A DNA stretch of 63,584 bases, the filler included, from Octopus bimaculoides (taxonomy: Eukaryota): assembly GCF_001194135.2 (NCBI RefSeq). It is 5 parts of 5 records of this genome, joined end to end, with 100 filler letters (N's around TTAATTAATTAA, not from the genome) between each part and the next. Parts side by side here need not be neighbours in the genome. Positions count along the whole stretch, not along the records: positions 32,470 to 49,566 come from NC_068987.1; positions 49,667 to 62,414 come from NC_068984.1; 3 more parts are not named here. One strand, 5' to 3'. Each line of letters begins with the position of its first letter. The first letter of the stretch is position 1. The position numbers and the translations under genes are program-made. Shown here in pieces: positions 39,569 to 51,126 of this stretch. The notes beneath the pieces were generated by a model, which made no database searches, was not told the DNA's origin, and worked only from the letters and a program-made list of their open reading frames with translations.

Positions 39569-41367
39569 GACTTGTAGACAGTGCCTGAAACACAACTGAT
39601 AACAATAACTGTAACATTGATTCACTGTCGAAGTGTATTTTACCGAAAGTATTCGTTGGTGAGAGAGATACATTGACGCGGTCTTGTCTGCTGGGGGTGG
39701 TACCGGTGCTTCAGCAATTCTGAGATTAAATAAATCGAGAGTACCCGACCTCAACATGTTCGTCTTTAAATTCTGAGTTCAGATTCGGCTGAGGTCGACT
39801 TTTCCTTTCATCCTTCCGGGATCGATAAAACGAGTACCAAGGCTGATGTAATCAACTTGCACCGCCCCGAACTTGAAATTGCAGTCTTTGTCGCAAAATT
39901 TGAAATTATTATTAGGAATTATATCTCGCGGGAACAATATTTAGTTCACGGCGGCAAGCGGGCAGAATCATTAGGGCGTCAGGCAAATTACTTAGTAACA
40001 TTTCGTCCATCCTTACGTTCTGAGCTTAAATTCCGCCAAAGTGGACTTTGCCTTTCAGTAAGTACCAAGTTAGCATTGTGGTTGATGTAATCCCAAACCT
40101 ACTATTCTTGCGCAAAAATTTGAAACCAATATTAGAAATTATTATAATTATTGGTTTCAAAATCGCCACAAGGACAACAATATTGGGGAAGGGGTTAAGT
40201 CGATGACATCGATTCCAGTGTAATCTGGTATTTATTTTATAGACACCGAAAGGATAAAAAGCAAAGTCGACATCAGCGGAATTTGAACTTAGTAGGTAGT
40301 GGCAGACGAAATATCGTTAAGTATTTCGCCGGGCGTGTTAACAATTCTGCTAGCTCGCTGCCTTAAGAAATTACTCTAACACAAACACGGTGAATTGGTG
40401 GAATCTTTGGAGCGTCAAGTATAAAATACTTAACGACATTTCTTTCCTCTCTTTGTTTCGAGTTCAAATTCAGCCAAGATCGACATTCCTTTTTCATTCT
40501 TTCGGGGTCGATAAAATAAAGCACTGTCAATTACAGAGGTTGATGCAATCGACTTACGCCCTTTGGCAAAGGTAATCGACTTGTGCCAAAATTTGAAACT
40601 ATTGCTATTACTATTAAGCCGGTGAGTTGGTAGGATCGTTAGGGGCGACGGATAAAATAATTAGTGGTATTTCTTCTTTTAGTTACTTGAAAGTATTTAA
40701 CACGTTTCAACTGTCTATGTTGATAATTCAACGATTGTATATCGGTGTGGGTAAATAAATTACCATATATTATAATAATGGCTTCAAATTTTGGCTCATG
40801 GACAGTAGTTGACCCATGTGCTCAATTTGTAACTATTTTATCCACTCCGAAAGAATTCAAGGCAAAGTCGTCCTCAACTGGATTTGATGTTAAAATATAA
40901 AAAGCCAGAAGAAATATTGCTAAGCATTTCTGGCAGTCCGGTGCCGTACGACATCTTAAAGTAATACGATGAAAATATTGCTGNNNNNNNNNNNNNNNNN
41001 NNNNNNNNNNNNNNNNNNNNNNNNNNNNNNNNNNNNNNNNNNNNNNNNNNNNNNNNNNNNNNNNNNNNNNNNNNNNNNNNNNNAACCAGGCAGAGCGTTG
41101 TGTCCTTCTAGCAGGCTTCAACGTAGTTTTCATCTCGCTACTTTTACTCGCAAAGTTTTGGTTGATCTAATGTTATGGCAGAGGATACATGCCAAAAGTA
41201 TTTTTGCGAGCCCTGATCGTCTCAAATAATAAAAAAAGAGAACTGCCTATACAGTATTTACTAATATCAATTAAAATAAAACTTTCAATATATCTCAGTC
41301 TAAGTATGTCGTGTTTGCAAATTGAAAGTTAAAATCAAAAAAATATAGAAGTAAAAAAAGTTATGCT

Positions 41368-41439
41368 TTCCCAAGCGGGGAATCGAACCCCGGCCGCCGC
41401 GGTGAGAGCGCGGAATCCTAACCACTAGACCACTTGGGA
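41368..41439 (-). tRNA. tRNA-Glu-CTC: tRNA-Glu(CTC), intact (slot-B-like downstream flank, unique upstream flank)
   Basis: Identical to 32587-32658; T7 run ~8 nt downstream. Confidence 0.96.
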
Positions 41440-42250
41440 CAACTGAGCACATACGACAATACAGCCTTATTTAAAGACATTGCACCTGACACTATTACAA
41501 ACTTTGAGTCATGTTTCAGTGCTGATATACCAACGAACCGTTCATAATCAAATATTGTCTCCCACTCCTCCATTTACATTGCTTACCCTACTCCTCATCC
41601 ACTCGCTACCTTCTTATACCTTATCACAGTCTCTTCGTCTGTTCCTCTCTCCCTATATATAAGCTGTTTGTAAGTCTCCTCATGTTTTCGCTATGTACTT
41701 AAATGCTTTCTTGTTTCTCCTCTCACTTGTACGCTTACTCACTCCCTTACTATCCACTTATATCTTCTCATCTTCTGATTCTCTGATGAAGGGCCCTGCC
41801 CTATAACATTACTTCTCAGTGCAGTTGCACTGATTCCTCTTGATGCTACTACTAAAACTATTACTATACAACAAGAGCAGTAGCAGCTGCCTAATTACAT
41901 TGAGCCGTCGACGGAGCATCTATGTGGTCACTCAATCTGCTAGAAATAGCAACTAAATCTTCCTCAAATCACACGTTACCATCCTAAATAAGGGATTTTA
42001 TCTTTTGTCACTTACTTGTCGCAGTCATTGGACTGCAGCCATGCTGAGACACCACCTTGAAAGGTTCGGTCGAAATATGTCGACTCCAATACTTATTTTC
42101 TAAAGCTTGGTATTTATTCTATCGTCTCTTTTGCCGAACCCTTAAATTATGAGAACGTAAACAAACCAACACCGGTTGTCACGCGGTGGATGGAAACAAA
42201 CACATACAAAGACACACAGACATGCAGACGCACATTTATACAAACATATA

Positions 42251-42835
42251 CTAAGTCTGATCAATAAGTATCCGGACTGTTGCCATAATAAGGAAGCTAA
42301 AGCGCGTAGAGTAAAGCCGCTTGGCAAAGATTGACCTTGAACTCTACTCTGCATGTGCACTAAGTTTTTAAGTGCTAGCTTAATTCCGCTGTTTACAGCA
42401 GTGCTTGGAAAGATGTCTAGCGTGCGATCGTCGAACTGATCATGAGAGAGAAAGTTGTTATGGCAATACCTGTTCAGAGGCCTTCGCAAAGTAGCAGAAA
42501 GTGTATGGGAAGGAGTGCATGAGCTGCACACGTTTCCAAGATTACTGAAAAAACGTCTATCTTGACGAACGTTCTGGGAGACCCGCAACCAGTAGAACTG
42601 AGAAAAACATTGCAGATGTGCGTGCAGCTGTGAGGGAAATTGTCGAATTACCATTCGTGAGCTATCAGAGGATGCGTAGATTAGTTACGGTTCAGTTCAG
42701 TCCATAATCACTGAAGATTTGGTTATGAGACGCGTGTCTGCCAAGTGTGTGTCAAAACTGATTTCAGCTGACCAAAAAGACACTCCGGTTTCAGACGCAC
42801 AAGCTCTCTTTGAATGTGTTGAGAACGATGAAAAC
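42251..42835 (+). mobile_element. Mariner transposon 5' fragment (TIR plus N-terminal HTH coding region)
   Basis: TA|CTAAGTCTGATCAATAAGTATCCGGACT TIR-like end; peptide KVYGKECMS..DERSGRPATSRTEKNIADVRAAVRE.CRITIRELSED..ISYGSVQSIITEDLVMRRVSAKCVSKLISADQK. Confidence 0.88.
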
Positions 42836-42886
42836 GGGCATATGGCGTAGTGGTTAAGAGCGCAGGCTACTAGCCCCAAGATTCCG
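42836..42886 (+). mobile_element. Family-4 element 5' tRNA-like head (split from its tail)
   Basis: GGGCATATGGCGTAGTGGTTAAGAGCGCAGGCTACTAGCCCCAAGATTCCG matches 34753-34803. Confidence 0.85.
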
Positions 42887-43797
42887 TAAGAAGGTCAGGC
42901 TTGTGTAGGATGAAAGATTGCAAAGATAAAGCACTGTACAAGAAATTGAAAACGAATGAAACTGAAAATAGGTGGGTAAAGAAAAGAATGCATGGTCAAT
43001 TTTATAGGGATGCTGAAGATAAGACAGACAGAGAAAAAAGATGGCTGTTGGATGACTAGAATTAATTTAAAACCGGAAACGGAGGCTCTAATCTGTGCTG
43101 CTGAAGAGCAAGCACGAAGAACAAACTATATAAAATACAGAATAGACAACATATCAGAAAGTGATATGCAGAATCTGTGGACAAAACGGTGAAACCGTAT
43201 GGCATATTACCAGCCAATGTACACCACTAGCCCAGAAGGAATATAAGAGACGTCACGACAATATAGCCAGGCTTGTCCATTGGCCACTTTGCAACAAGTA
43301 TTGACTTGACAGAGCAAAAAATTGGTACCACCACAAACCTGAAGGCATTGTCAAAAATAGAAATTCAAAGATCCTATGGGATTTTATGATTCAGTGCGAC
43401 CATGAGATTGAGAATAGGAAGCCGGATATAATCTTAATTGAGAAAGAAAACAAACTATGCTGGATCATAGATATAGTATGCCCAGCTGACAGCAAGGTAT
43501 GCGATAAGGAAGAAAGAAAAGTCGATAGATACGACAGGTTAGCTTGGGAAGTTAAGCAGTGTGGTCGATGAAAAAGGTAGCAGTAGTACCAATAACTGTC
43601 GGAGCCCTGGGAACAGTGAGCAAAAATCTCGAGAAGTACATGGAACAAATAGGGGCTGCAATAAGGGTGGAGCACTGCTTGGAACCGCTCGAATATTCGG
43701 GAAGGTGCGCGAAAAATAAGAGGTGTTACCTTAGTTCACTGGTAGTGAATAGCTGACACCGTAGGACATCTCCAGCGTTAGAACCTGTGCAAAGGCA
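42887..43797 (+). mobile_element. 5'-truncated R4/Dong-like RLE non-LTR retrotransposon (CCHC finger plus restriction-like endonuclease plus 3' UTR)
   Basis: LKPETEALICAAEEQARRTNYIKYRID..CRICGQNGETVWHITSQCTPLAQKEYKRRHDNIARLVHW..ILWDFMIQCDHEIENRKPDIILIEKENKLCWIIDIVCP..VPITVGALGTV; followed by (AAT)n. Confidence 0.88.
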
Positions 43798-43800
43798 ATA

Positions 43801-43892
<92 letters not shown>

Positions 43893-43894
<2 letters not shown>

Positions 43895-44043
43895 TCGAAA
43901 AATATCTTAAGAATGAGAACCTGGGTTCGAAATTTCCCCAAGACACCTAATGAAGGCTGGAGGGGGTGGGGTCTATCAGCCGAAACGTTGTGTTAACAAC
44001 AAACAAAATGAGGACAAATATCCGTCAAATGTAAATGATGTAA
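43893..44043 (+). mobile_element. Family-4 element 3' tail with mutated hammerhead (CTAATGA, G5A) at 43942-43994
   Basis: ACATCGAAAAATA..GAATGAGAACC..GGTTCGAAATTTCCCCAAGACACCTAATGAAGGCTG..CAGCCGAAACGTTGTGTTAACAAC matches 34845-34985. Confidence 0.85.
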
Positions 44044-44639
44044 AGAATGAAAGAGCTTTGCAATAATGGAGTTAAGGTTCTCTTTAATGAACTCTAACGA
44101 GGTTACTCATAAATTACCAACGTCCACAGATTCCGGATTTCAGACAGTTCGATCGTGACTACCCTAACTTTCATTCAAACAATACACCCCGAATTACATT
44201 ATTCAATATATCTGGTATGTAAGACCGCAACGAATTATTTGGGTGAGATTTAGCCGCAATTTCCGCGTAGAGACGCCCTCGTTAGTTCTTTAAACTATTA
44301 TTTGCTCAGTTTGACGAAAAGAAAAAAAATATAAGGTAAAATAAAATAAAATAACTTGCCGAACCTAACTGTGTTGACCAAATAAAAAGGTGTCGATGTT
44401 AAGTACTTTTACATAGTACACTTAAATATATAATAATGCAAGGTGTGTGCTTGGAATAGTTGAGGTTGAAATAATATATCCTGCTTAATCTTTCTGGGAA
44501 TAAAACAAGAAACTTTTTGAATATGATTATCTGTTGAAAAGGATAAAGAAACGATGATAGAACAAGATATGCCTTGTTCTACATACAAAGTCAATTCAGA
44601 AGTTTTGAATATGATTAGATGTTACAGTTACTACATATT

Positions 44640-45066
44640 CATTTCTACTCTATGCACAAGGCCCGAAATTTTTGGAGAGGCGGGGCAATCGATTAGATCG
44701 ACCCCTGTACGCAACTGGTACTTAATTTATCGACCCCGAAAGGATGAAAGGCAAAGTCGATCTTGGCGGAATTTGAACTCAGAACGTAGCGGCAGACGAA
44801 ACACCGCTAAGCATTTCACCCGACGTGATAACATTTCTTATTTCTTTACTCCCCACAAGGGGCTACACACAGAGGGGACAAACAAGGACAGGCGAACGGA
44901 TTAAGTCGATTATGTCGACCTGAGTGCATAACTGGTACTTATTTAATCGACCCCGAAAGGATGAAAGGCAAAGTCAACATCGGCGGAATTTGAACTCAGA
45001 ACGTAGCGGCAGACGAAGTACCGCTAAGCATTTCGACCGGCGTGCTAACGTTTCTGCCAGCTCGCC
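44640..45066 (-). mobile_element. Two tandem SINE family 1 copies
   Basis: High similarity to 55090-55306. Confidence 0.85.
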
Positions 45067-46181
45067 TTGTGGGACCACTAGCACTTTTATTATCTCCCTT
45101 TCATTCAACCTCATTTTTTCCCAATCATTCGCCACGCTGGACCACTGAACTCTACACGTCTTTTTCATTCTCTCTCTGTTTATTTCCTGTTATTCCTTTC
45201 TGTTAAAGCATATTACTCTACCTCTGGTATTCGAGTACTATTTTTTCCAACTTGTTTCGCATTTATGTGCTTACTTTGTTATATACATACATACATATAT
45301 ANNNNNNNNNNNNNNNNNNNNNNNNNNNNNNNNNNNNNNNNNNNNNNNNNNNNNNNNNNNNNNNNNNNNNNNNNNNNNNNNNNNNNNNNNNNNNNNNNNN
45401 NNNNNNNNNNNNNNNNNNNNNNNNNNNNNNNNNNNNNNNNNNNNNNNNNNNNNNNNNNNNNNNNNNNNNNNNNNNNNNNNNNNNNNNNNNNNNNNNNNNN
45501 NNNNNNNNNNNNNNNNNNNNNNNNNNNNNNNNNNNNNNNNNNNNNNNNNNNNNNNNNNNAGAGAGAGAGAGAGAGAGAGAGAAATAGTTAAACTTTTCAA
45601 CCAATGCGTTGAATGAATTCGCCTGCCGTGAGGAAAGAGGACTTTGACCTTTCGCGGTTGACCCTATGTTACTGACAAAAAAAAAATACTTATTCGATAT
45701 TTATTATTTTTGAAAATATTTTTTCATTTGAAAATTAGTGTTGTATCTCAAGTCAAAGGCCAGCTCGAAACATTAGATTCCTCTTTTCCCCTACGGCATA
45801 GGAATAACTTATCCAAACTTATGAAACAAACTCTATAACGTTTGCCGATGCACATCATCACAAGTTCTTTCTCGGACACTGATTTTGTCTTTCTCTTTTC
45901 TTTTCTTTTCTTTTTGCTTTTGGTAGATGCATTGGCACACGCATGGCTGTGTTGTTAAGAGACTTGCTTTGCAACCACGTAGTTTCAGGTCAATCCCAAT
46001 GCGTGTCACCTTGGGTACGTGTCTTCCACTGTAGCCCCCAAGTCGAGCAATGCCCTTTTAAGTGAATTTGGTAGACGGAAACTGTGTGAAAGCCTGTCGT
46101 ATCTGTATATTTACACACACACACATGTATATGTATATATCCATATATATGTATATATATGTGTGTGTACACAGATATATA

Positions 46182-46263
<82 letters not shown>

Positions 46264-46371
46264 CACACACACGTATATATATATATATATATACATACAC
46301 ACATGTATGTCATCATCGTCGTCATCGACGTTGTTGTCGTCATCGTAGTAGTAGTAATAGTAGTAGTAGTG

Positions 46372-46437
<66 letters not shown>

Positions 46438-47175
46438 AGGATAGTTAGTTGCAGAAATAACAACGATAACAAAATAAAATGCAGTGGCAATTTCAGGATA
46501 TAAACTCAATATATTAGCCACAACTTCACAATAAGATAATTATATCACAATCAGTTTCGTGTATGATGCGAGGTTTTCTCAATTTCTTGTCAGATATCTC
46601 AAGTTGTCTGGTGGTCTGGACACAGTGGGATCCGAACTTTTGTATTCATCGTTTGGAAAACCTTTTTATTCAGTTTATATATTAATATTTGGTTAATATT
46701 AGTTTTTACCAAGTTTATTGTAAAATGCAAGTATGGCTGCGTGGTTAAGAAGTTTGCTTCGCAACCATGTAGTTTCGGTTTCAGTTCCACTACGCGCTGA
46801 CAAATGCTATTTGTGAGTTAATTTGGCCGACGGAAAGTGTGTTTGGAAGCCCATAGTGTATATATAATCTCTCTCTACAAGATGGTGCTCCAGGATGGCC
46901 ACAGTCGAAATTACTGAAATGAATATATACATATAATAAAGGGTAAAATTAATTAATAATATTACCAAATAGTCAGTACGTTAAAATAACCTTTTTAGAT
47001 GAATTATACAAAATATTCTATAATTATATGCATAATTATAATCAGGGGTCAGGTAATTGCTTCGCCACGTAACGAATTAGAAATAGACGCTAATGTCTTT
47101 TCAACTACCATAAATATCTCCGAGACAGTAACACACATTTTTATGTAGGTTGAATATCAGTTATGCGATGATGTA

Positions 47176-47234
47176 CCACACTGAGGAGAAAATAGGTAAA
47201 TATGATTTACTTTAATTTCGAAACGCGTCTGTGG
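47176..47234 (+). ncRNA. Minimal type-I hammerhead ribozyme motif with canonical core
   Basis: CCACA-CTGAGGA-G(long AT-rich stem II)C-GAAA-CGCG-T-C-TGTGG: perfect stem I CCACA/TGTGG, G10.1-C11.1, palindromic ACGCGT stem III, GUC cleavage triplet (C47229). Confidence 0.78.
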
Positions 47235-47851
47235 NNNNNNNNNNNNNNNNNNNNNNNNNNNNNNNNNNNNNNNNNNNNNNNNNNNNNNNNNNNNNNNNNN
47301 NNNNNNNNNNNNNNNNNNNNNNNNNNNNNNNNNNNNNNNNNNNNNNNNNNNNNNNNNNNNNNNNNNNNNNNNNNNNNNNNNNNNNNNNNNNNNNNNNNNN
47401 NNNNNNNNNNNNNNNNNNNNNNNNNNNNNNNNNNNNNNNNNNNNNNNNNNNNNNNNNNNNNNNNNNNNNNNNNNNNNNNNNNNNNNNNNNNNNNNNNNNN
47501 NNNNNNNNNNNNNNNNNNNNNNNNNNNNNNNNNNNNNNNNNNNNNNNNNNNNNNNNNNNNNNNNNNNNNNNNNNNNNNNNNNNNNNNNNNNNNNNNNNNN
47601 NNNNNNNNNNNNNNNNNNATATAATATATATATATATATATAGTAACAGAAAGGGAGGAATTTCGATTATCTCCACGTGGTGAGTTGTAATATATATGAG
47701 AAATTAAAGAAGGAAAATGCAAACACTTTACATAGTTTTAATATAATTTTTAATATATCTTTATTGTGTTTGTCAACCGGTTTAGCTTATGCGATTACAT
47801 ACCCATCACTGTACATATTTCTCCCTACTACTCTAATCTTTGAATTTTTGT

Positions 47852-47911
<60 letters not shown>

Positions 47912-48220
47912 TCCCCCTCCGAAAGATGAGCAATTATCTCCCCTGTCCACAATAATAACGATAACCAATTACCTCCCCTTAGATATTTCTACTTGTTGAA
48001 TCGTTCATATATAAAATCCACACACAACATGGACACTAAATTTTTTCTTAAGAAAATACGTATTTAAATAAATTCTAATGTCATGATTAGCAAAAGCGAA
48101 ACCGGTCGACAAGCACAATACAAGATATATTAAAACTATGTGATGTGTGTGAATTTTCCTCCTTTAGTTTCTTACATGGCTACAGTCGAAATTACTGAAA
48201 GAAGTAAAAGAATATATATA

Positions 48221-48350
48221 CGAGGGAGTACTGAAAAATTCCTGGCTTTGTGTAAAAGAAAATACAGGAGGATCAGTTAATTATGATTTTATTGAACATA
48301 TTCCCCTCTCAGATTCACACACACTTATTACAACAGTCAATCAGAGCTCT
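48221..48350 (-). mobile_element. Mariner 3' end fragment
   Basis: TA|CGAGGGAGTACTGAAAAATTCCTGGC TIR; minus strand reads NKCVNLRGEYV (mariner C-terminus). Confidence 0.75.
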
Positions 48351-49494
48351 TAAGGTAATGACCAAAGCAGTGAAAAGAGCTCCAACTGGATCAGGTCAAG
48401 GAGGAATAGAAGTAAATTTCATAAGACATTATTCACCTTACAATCAATCATATGGAGTCTTGGACTGAACTGATTACAACGCCCAAAACCCTGGGTCATC
48501 TTAGCCATCCAAGTGGGTTGCAAAGCAGAGAATAACACAGAATGTGGCAACTGAGAGGCATCCAAGAGTCATGACGTGGGTGCGGTTAGGCCCCTTTGAA
48601 TGTAAGAAGTCAAGGATCGAAACATTTGCATGAGGTGTAGTAAGATTTTTCTCTGAAGACCGTCTACTGCCCAGCTCTCCGTAGAATTTCTTATTATCAT
48701 TCATAATCTCTTTAGCGTAATCGGTGCTGTTGTCATCCGACATACGATAGGCACCTGGTTTGTCTCGTATTAGGGAATCCCTATTATATTTCCTAGCGAC
48801 TAGAATTTCTTACTTCCATGGCGGTTGCATGGAGTTCGACTCCCCGCTTGTGAAATAGATTTAAAAATATGTATGTGTATCTTTGTGATAAGGAGAAACT
48901 ACCTACTGACTTCCTTATTCGCTTGACTAATCATGGTCAAGAAAAGGTGGTTGTTACACGTAATATATTTCCAAATTTTGAACCGATTCAGCAATTCTAA
49001 TTAGCAGAAAATTCGTGGAATAGTTATTCAAGATCAATTGCCGTTTCTCGGTTTTTGCACTTCGTCTGAGAGTAGAGAATATAGAGGAAGGATTATTTAG
49101 CTTCCGTCTGTCTGGATGTATGTGTGTCTCTGTCTGTCTGCCTCACTGCGTCTCTCTGTCTCTCTCTTTCTCTCTTTTCTTCACTCTTAGACAAAAACAA
49201 AAGCCAGAAATGATAAATTTTCCCTACTTCCTAGTACAATTATTGTACTTATTGAACTCTCTTATAGTCTAATAGTTGCTGATGTAGACTATCACCAGTT
49301 TTGTCGGAATCCTGATTTTTACCCTGTTGAGATTATTCTTTGTTTGTGTTCGTGTATTATATGCGACCAAAGCCGTATTTTGTCATCGTGCAGAACACAA
49401 AGACATTAAACGTCATAGCCATTTTCTACGTGTACAGCCGTATAAAATGTCAGTCTCGTTGAATTATATACATACATACAAACATGCATACATA

Positions 49495-49566
<72 letters not shown>

Positions 49567-49998
49567 NNNNNNNNNNNNNNNNNNNNNNNNNNNNNNNNNN
49601 NNNNNNNNNNTTAATTAATTAANNNNNNNNNNNNNNNNNNNNNNNNNNNNNNNNNNNNNNNNNNNNGATACAAAATAAAAAGATTAATCTCAAACCCGGT
49701 TGTATCTTTTCGTTTGTCTTGCTCGCTTACGTTCTGGTGTTTGCTGAATTTTCTTGAGAACAATATGTTTGTGTATATATGTTTGTGTATGTTTGTGTAT
49801 GTGCACGCGCGCGCGTGTCTGATGGCTTGTTTATCGAGTACGACTTTTCCAAACACCAGCACTAAACAAAGACCTTAGAATGGTCCGCACAGAATTTACC
49901 TCTTGTGTTTTGTCCTCCACCACCGCTTGACAGCCGGTGNNNNNNNNNNGAGAGAGAGAGAGAGAGAGAGAGAGTGAGAGAGAGAGTGAGAGAGAGAG

Positions 49999-50046
<48 letters not shown>

Positions 50047-51126
50047 CGAAAATTAAATAATAAGGGTGAAAAATTTAATATTAATTTCATTAATATCAAT
50101 TTAAAACCAGTGTCCTAGCATATTGAAAAATCTGAAGAATCAGAAAAATTATATTACATACATATAAAAGAGATGACCACTAAGTGGACATCAATTATGT
50201 GAGATATAGACCCCATATGGTCTGACCACTAAGAAATGATTGTTCTCAAGAAAATTCAGCGAACGCCAGAACGTAAGCGAGCAAGACAAACGAAAAGATA
50301 CAAAATAAAAAGATTNNNNNNNNNNNNNNNNNNNNNNNNNNNNNNNNNNNNNNNNNNNNNNNNNNNNNNNNNNNNNNNNNNNNNNNNNNNNNNNNNNNNN
50401 NNNNNNNNNNNNNNNGTATGTATGTATGTATGTATGCATGTATGTATGTATGTATGTATGTATGGGTTTTTCTTTTAGTTTTATTTAAGTTTTTAAGAGT
50501 GCTCAAGCCGGTCACTAATAAAGTGACACGACTTTTTGAGATCATGAGTTCGCACTGTTTCTAAATATGTGGTTAAGTTGATGTGTTGGTTAACTCATCG
50601 TTGTATACACCCAAGTGTGTGCATTTATTCACATAAGAATCTCAGATGAAGAAATTTTGGAATGTCTTATAAAATCTTCGCTGTGCGTACAAATAGATCG
50701 GAATTGGAGAATCCGCGTTAATCTCTTTTGCTCTTTTTCTAGTTTTAGTTACGGTTTCTTCTATAACTACAGCTAGAAAGAAATTGTTTATACGTTGAGC
50801 TGTTGTTTTCGTTCTGTTCCTCGGTTGCGTTGTTGTTGATGTGTCCAGCCATGTTTGTAGTAATTCTCTGCATGCTAAATTCAAAAAATCACTACGATCG
50901 TGAAAAAGGCTCCCTCAGTTAATTCATCTGAAGATTAACCAGTTATTTAACAAAGCTGATAGCTGTGACTCCAAAATTGGAGATTGTATTCATCGTATTT
51001 TGGATAAATAGTCTCCCACGCCAAATACTCGACTTGTCTCTTCGAGTATGTATGTATGTATGTATGTATGCATGTATGCATGTATGTATGTATGTATGTA
51101 TGTATGTATGTATGTGTGTATGTATG

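Larger units (their letters stand above)
32470..41440. repeat. Tandem segmental duplication carrying the tRNA array (units start ~32.5, 35.9, 37.8 kb plus a partial fourth; ~1.9-3.4 kb each)
   Basis: Slot-specific flanks recur: A flank (GATATTAACCTCAAAAGGGAGATTTTGACCCGAAAGCTTGCAAGG) after 32658, 36027 and, diverged, 37964; C flank (CCTGAAACACAACTGATAAC..ACCGAAAGTATTCGTTGGTGAGAGA) after 34238, 36374, 39568. Unit 1 to unit 3 offsets are 5308, 5295 and 5330 bp. Confidence 0.9.

Noticed and set aside
32587-41439. CRISPR-like repeat-spacer interpretation of the array
   Set aside because: The repeats are cloverleaf tRNA genes separated by homologous kb-scale spacers in a eukaryotic context.
41780-41815. 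CTGATGAAGGG-CCCTG-CCC hammerhead-like start
   Set aside because: The GAAA half of the core and stems I/III are missing; at best a dead remnant.
48501-48743. 80-aa minus-strand ORF MSDDNSTDYAKEIMNDNKKFYGELG..
   Set aside because: No recognisable motif or credible splice sites.
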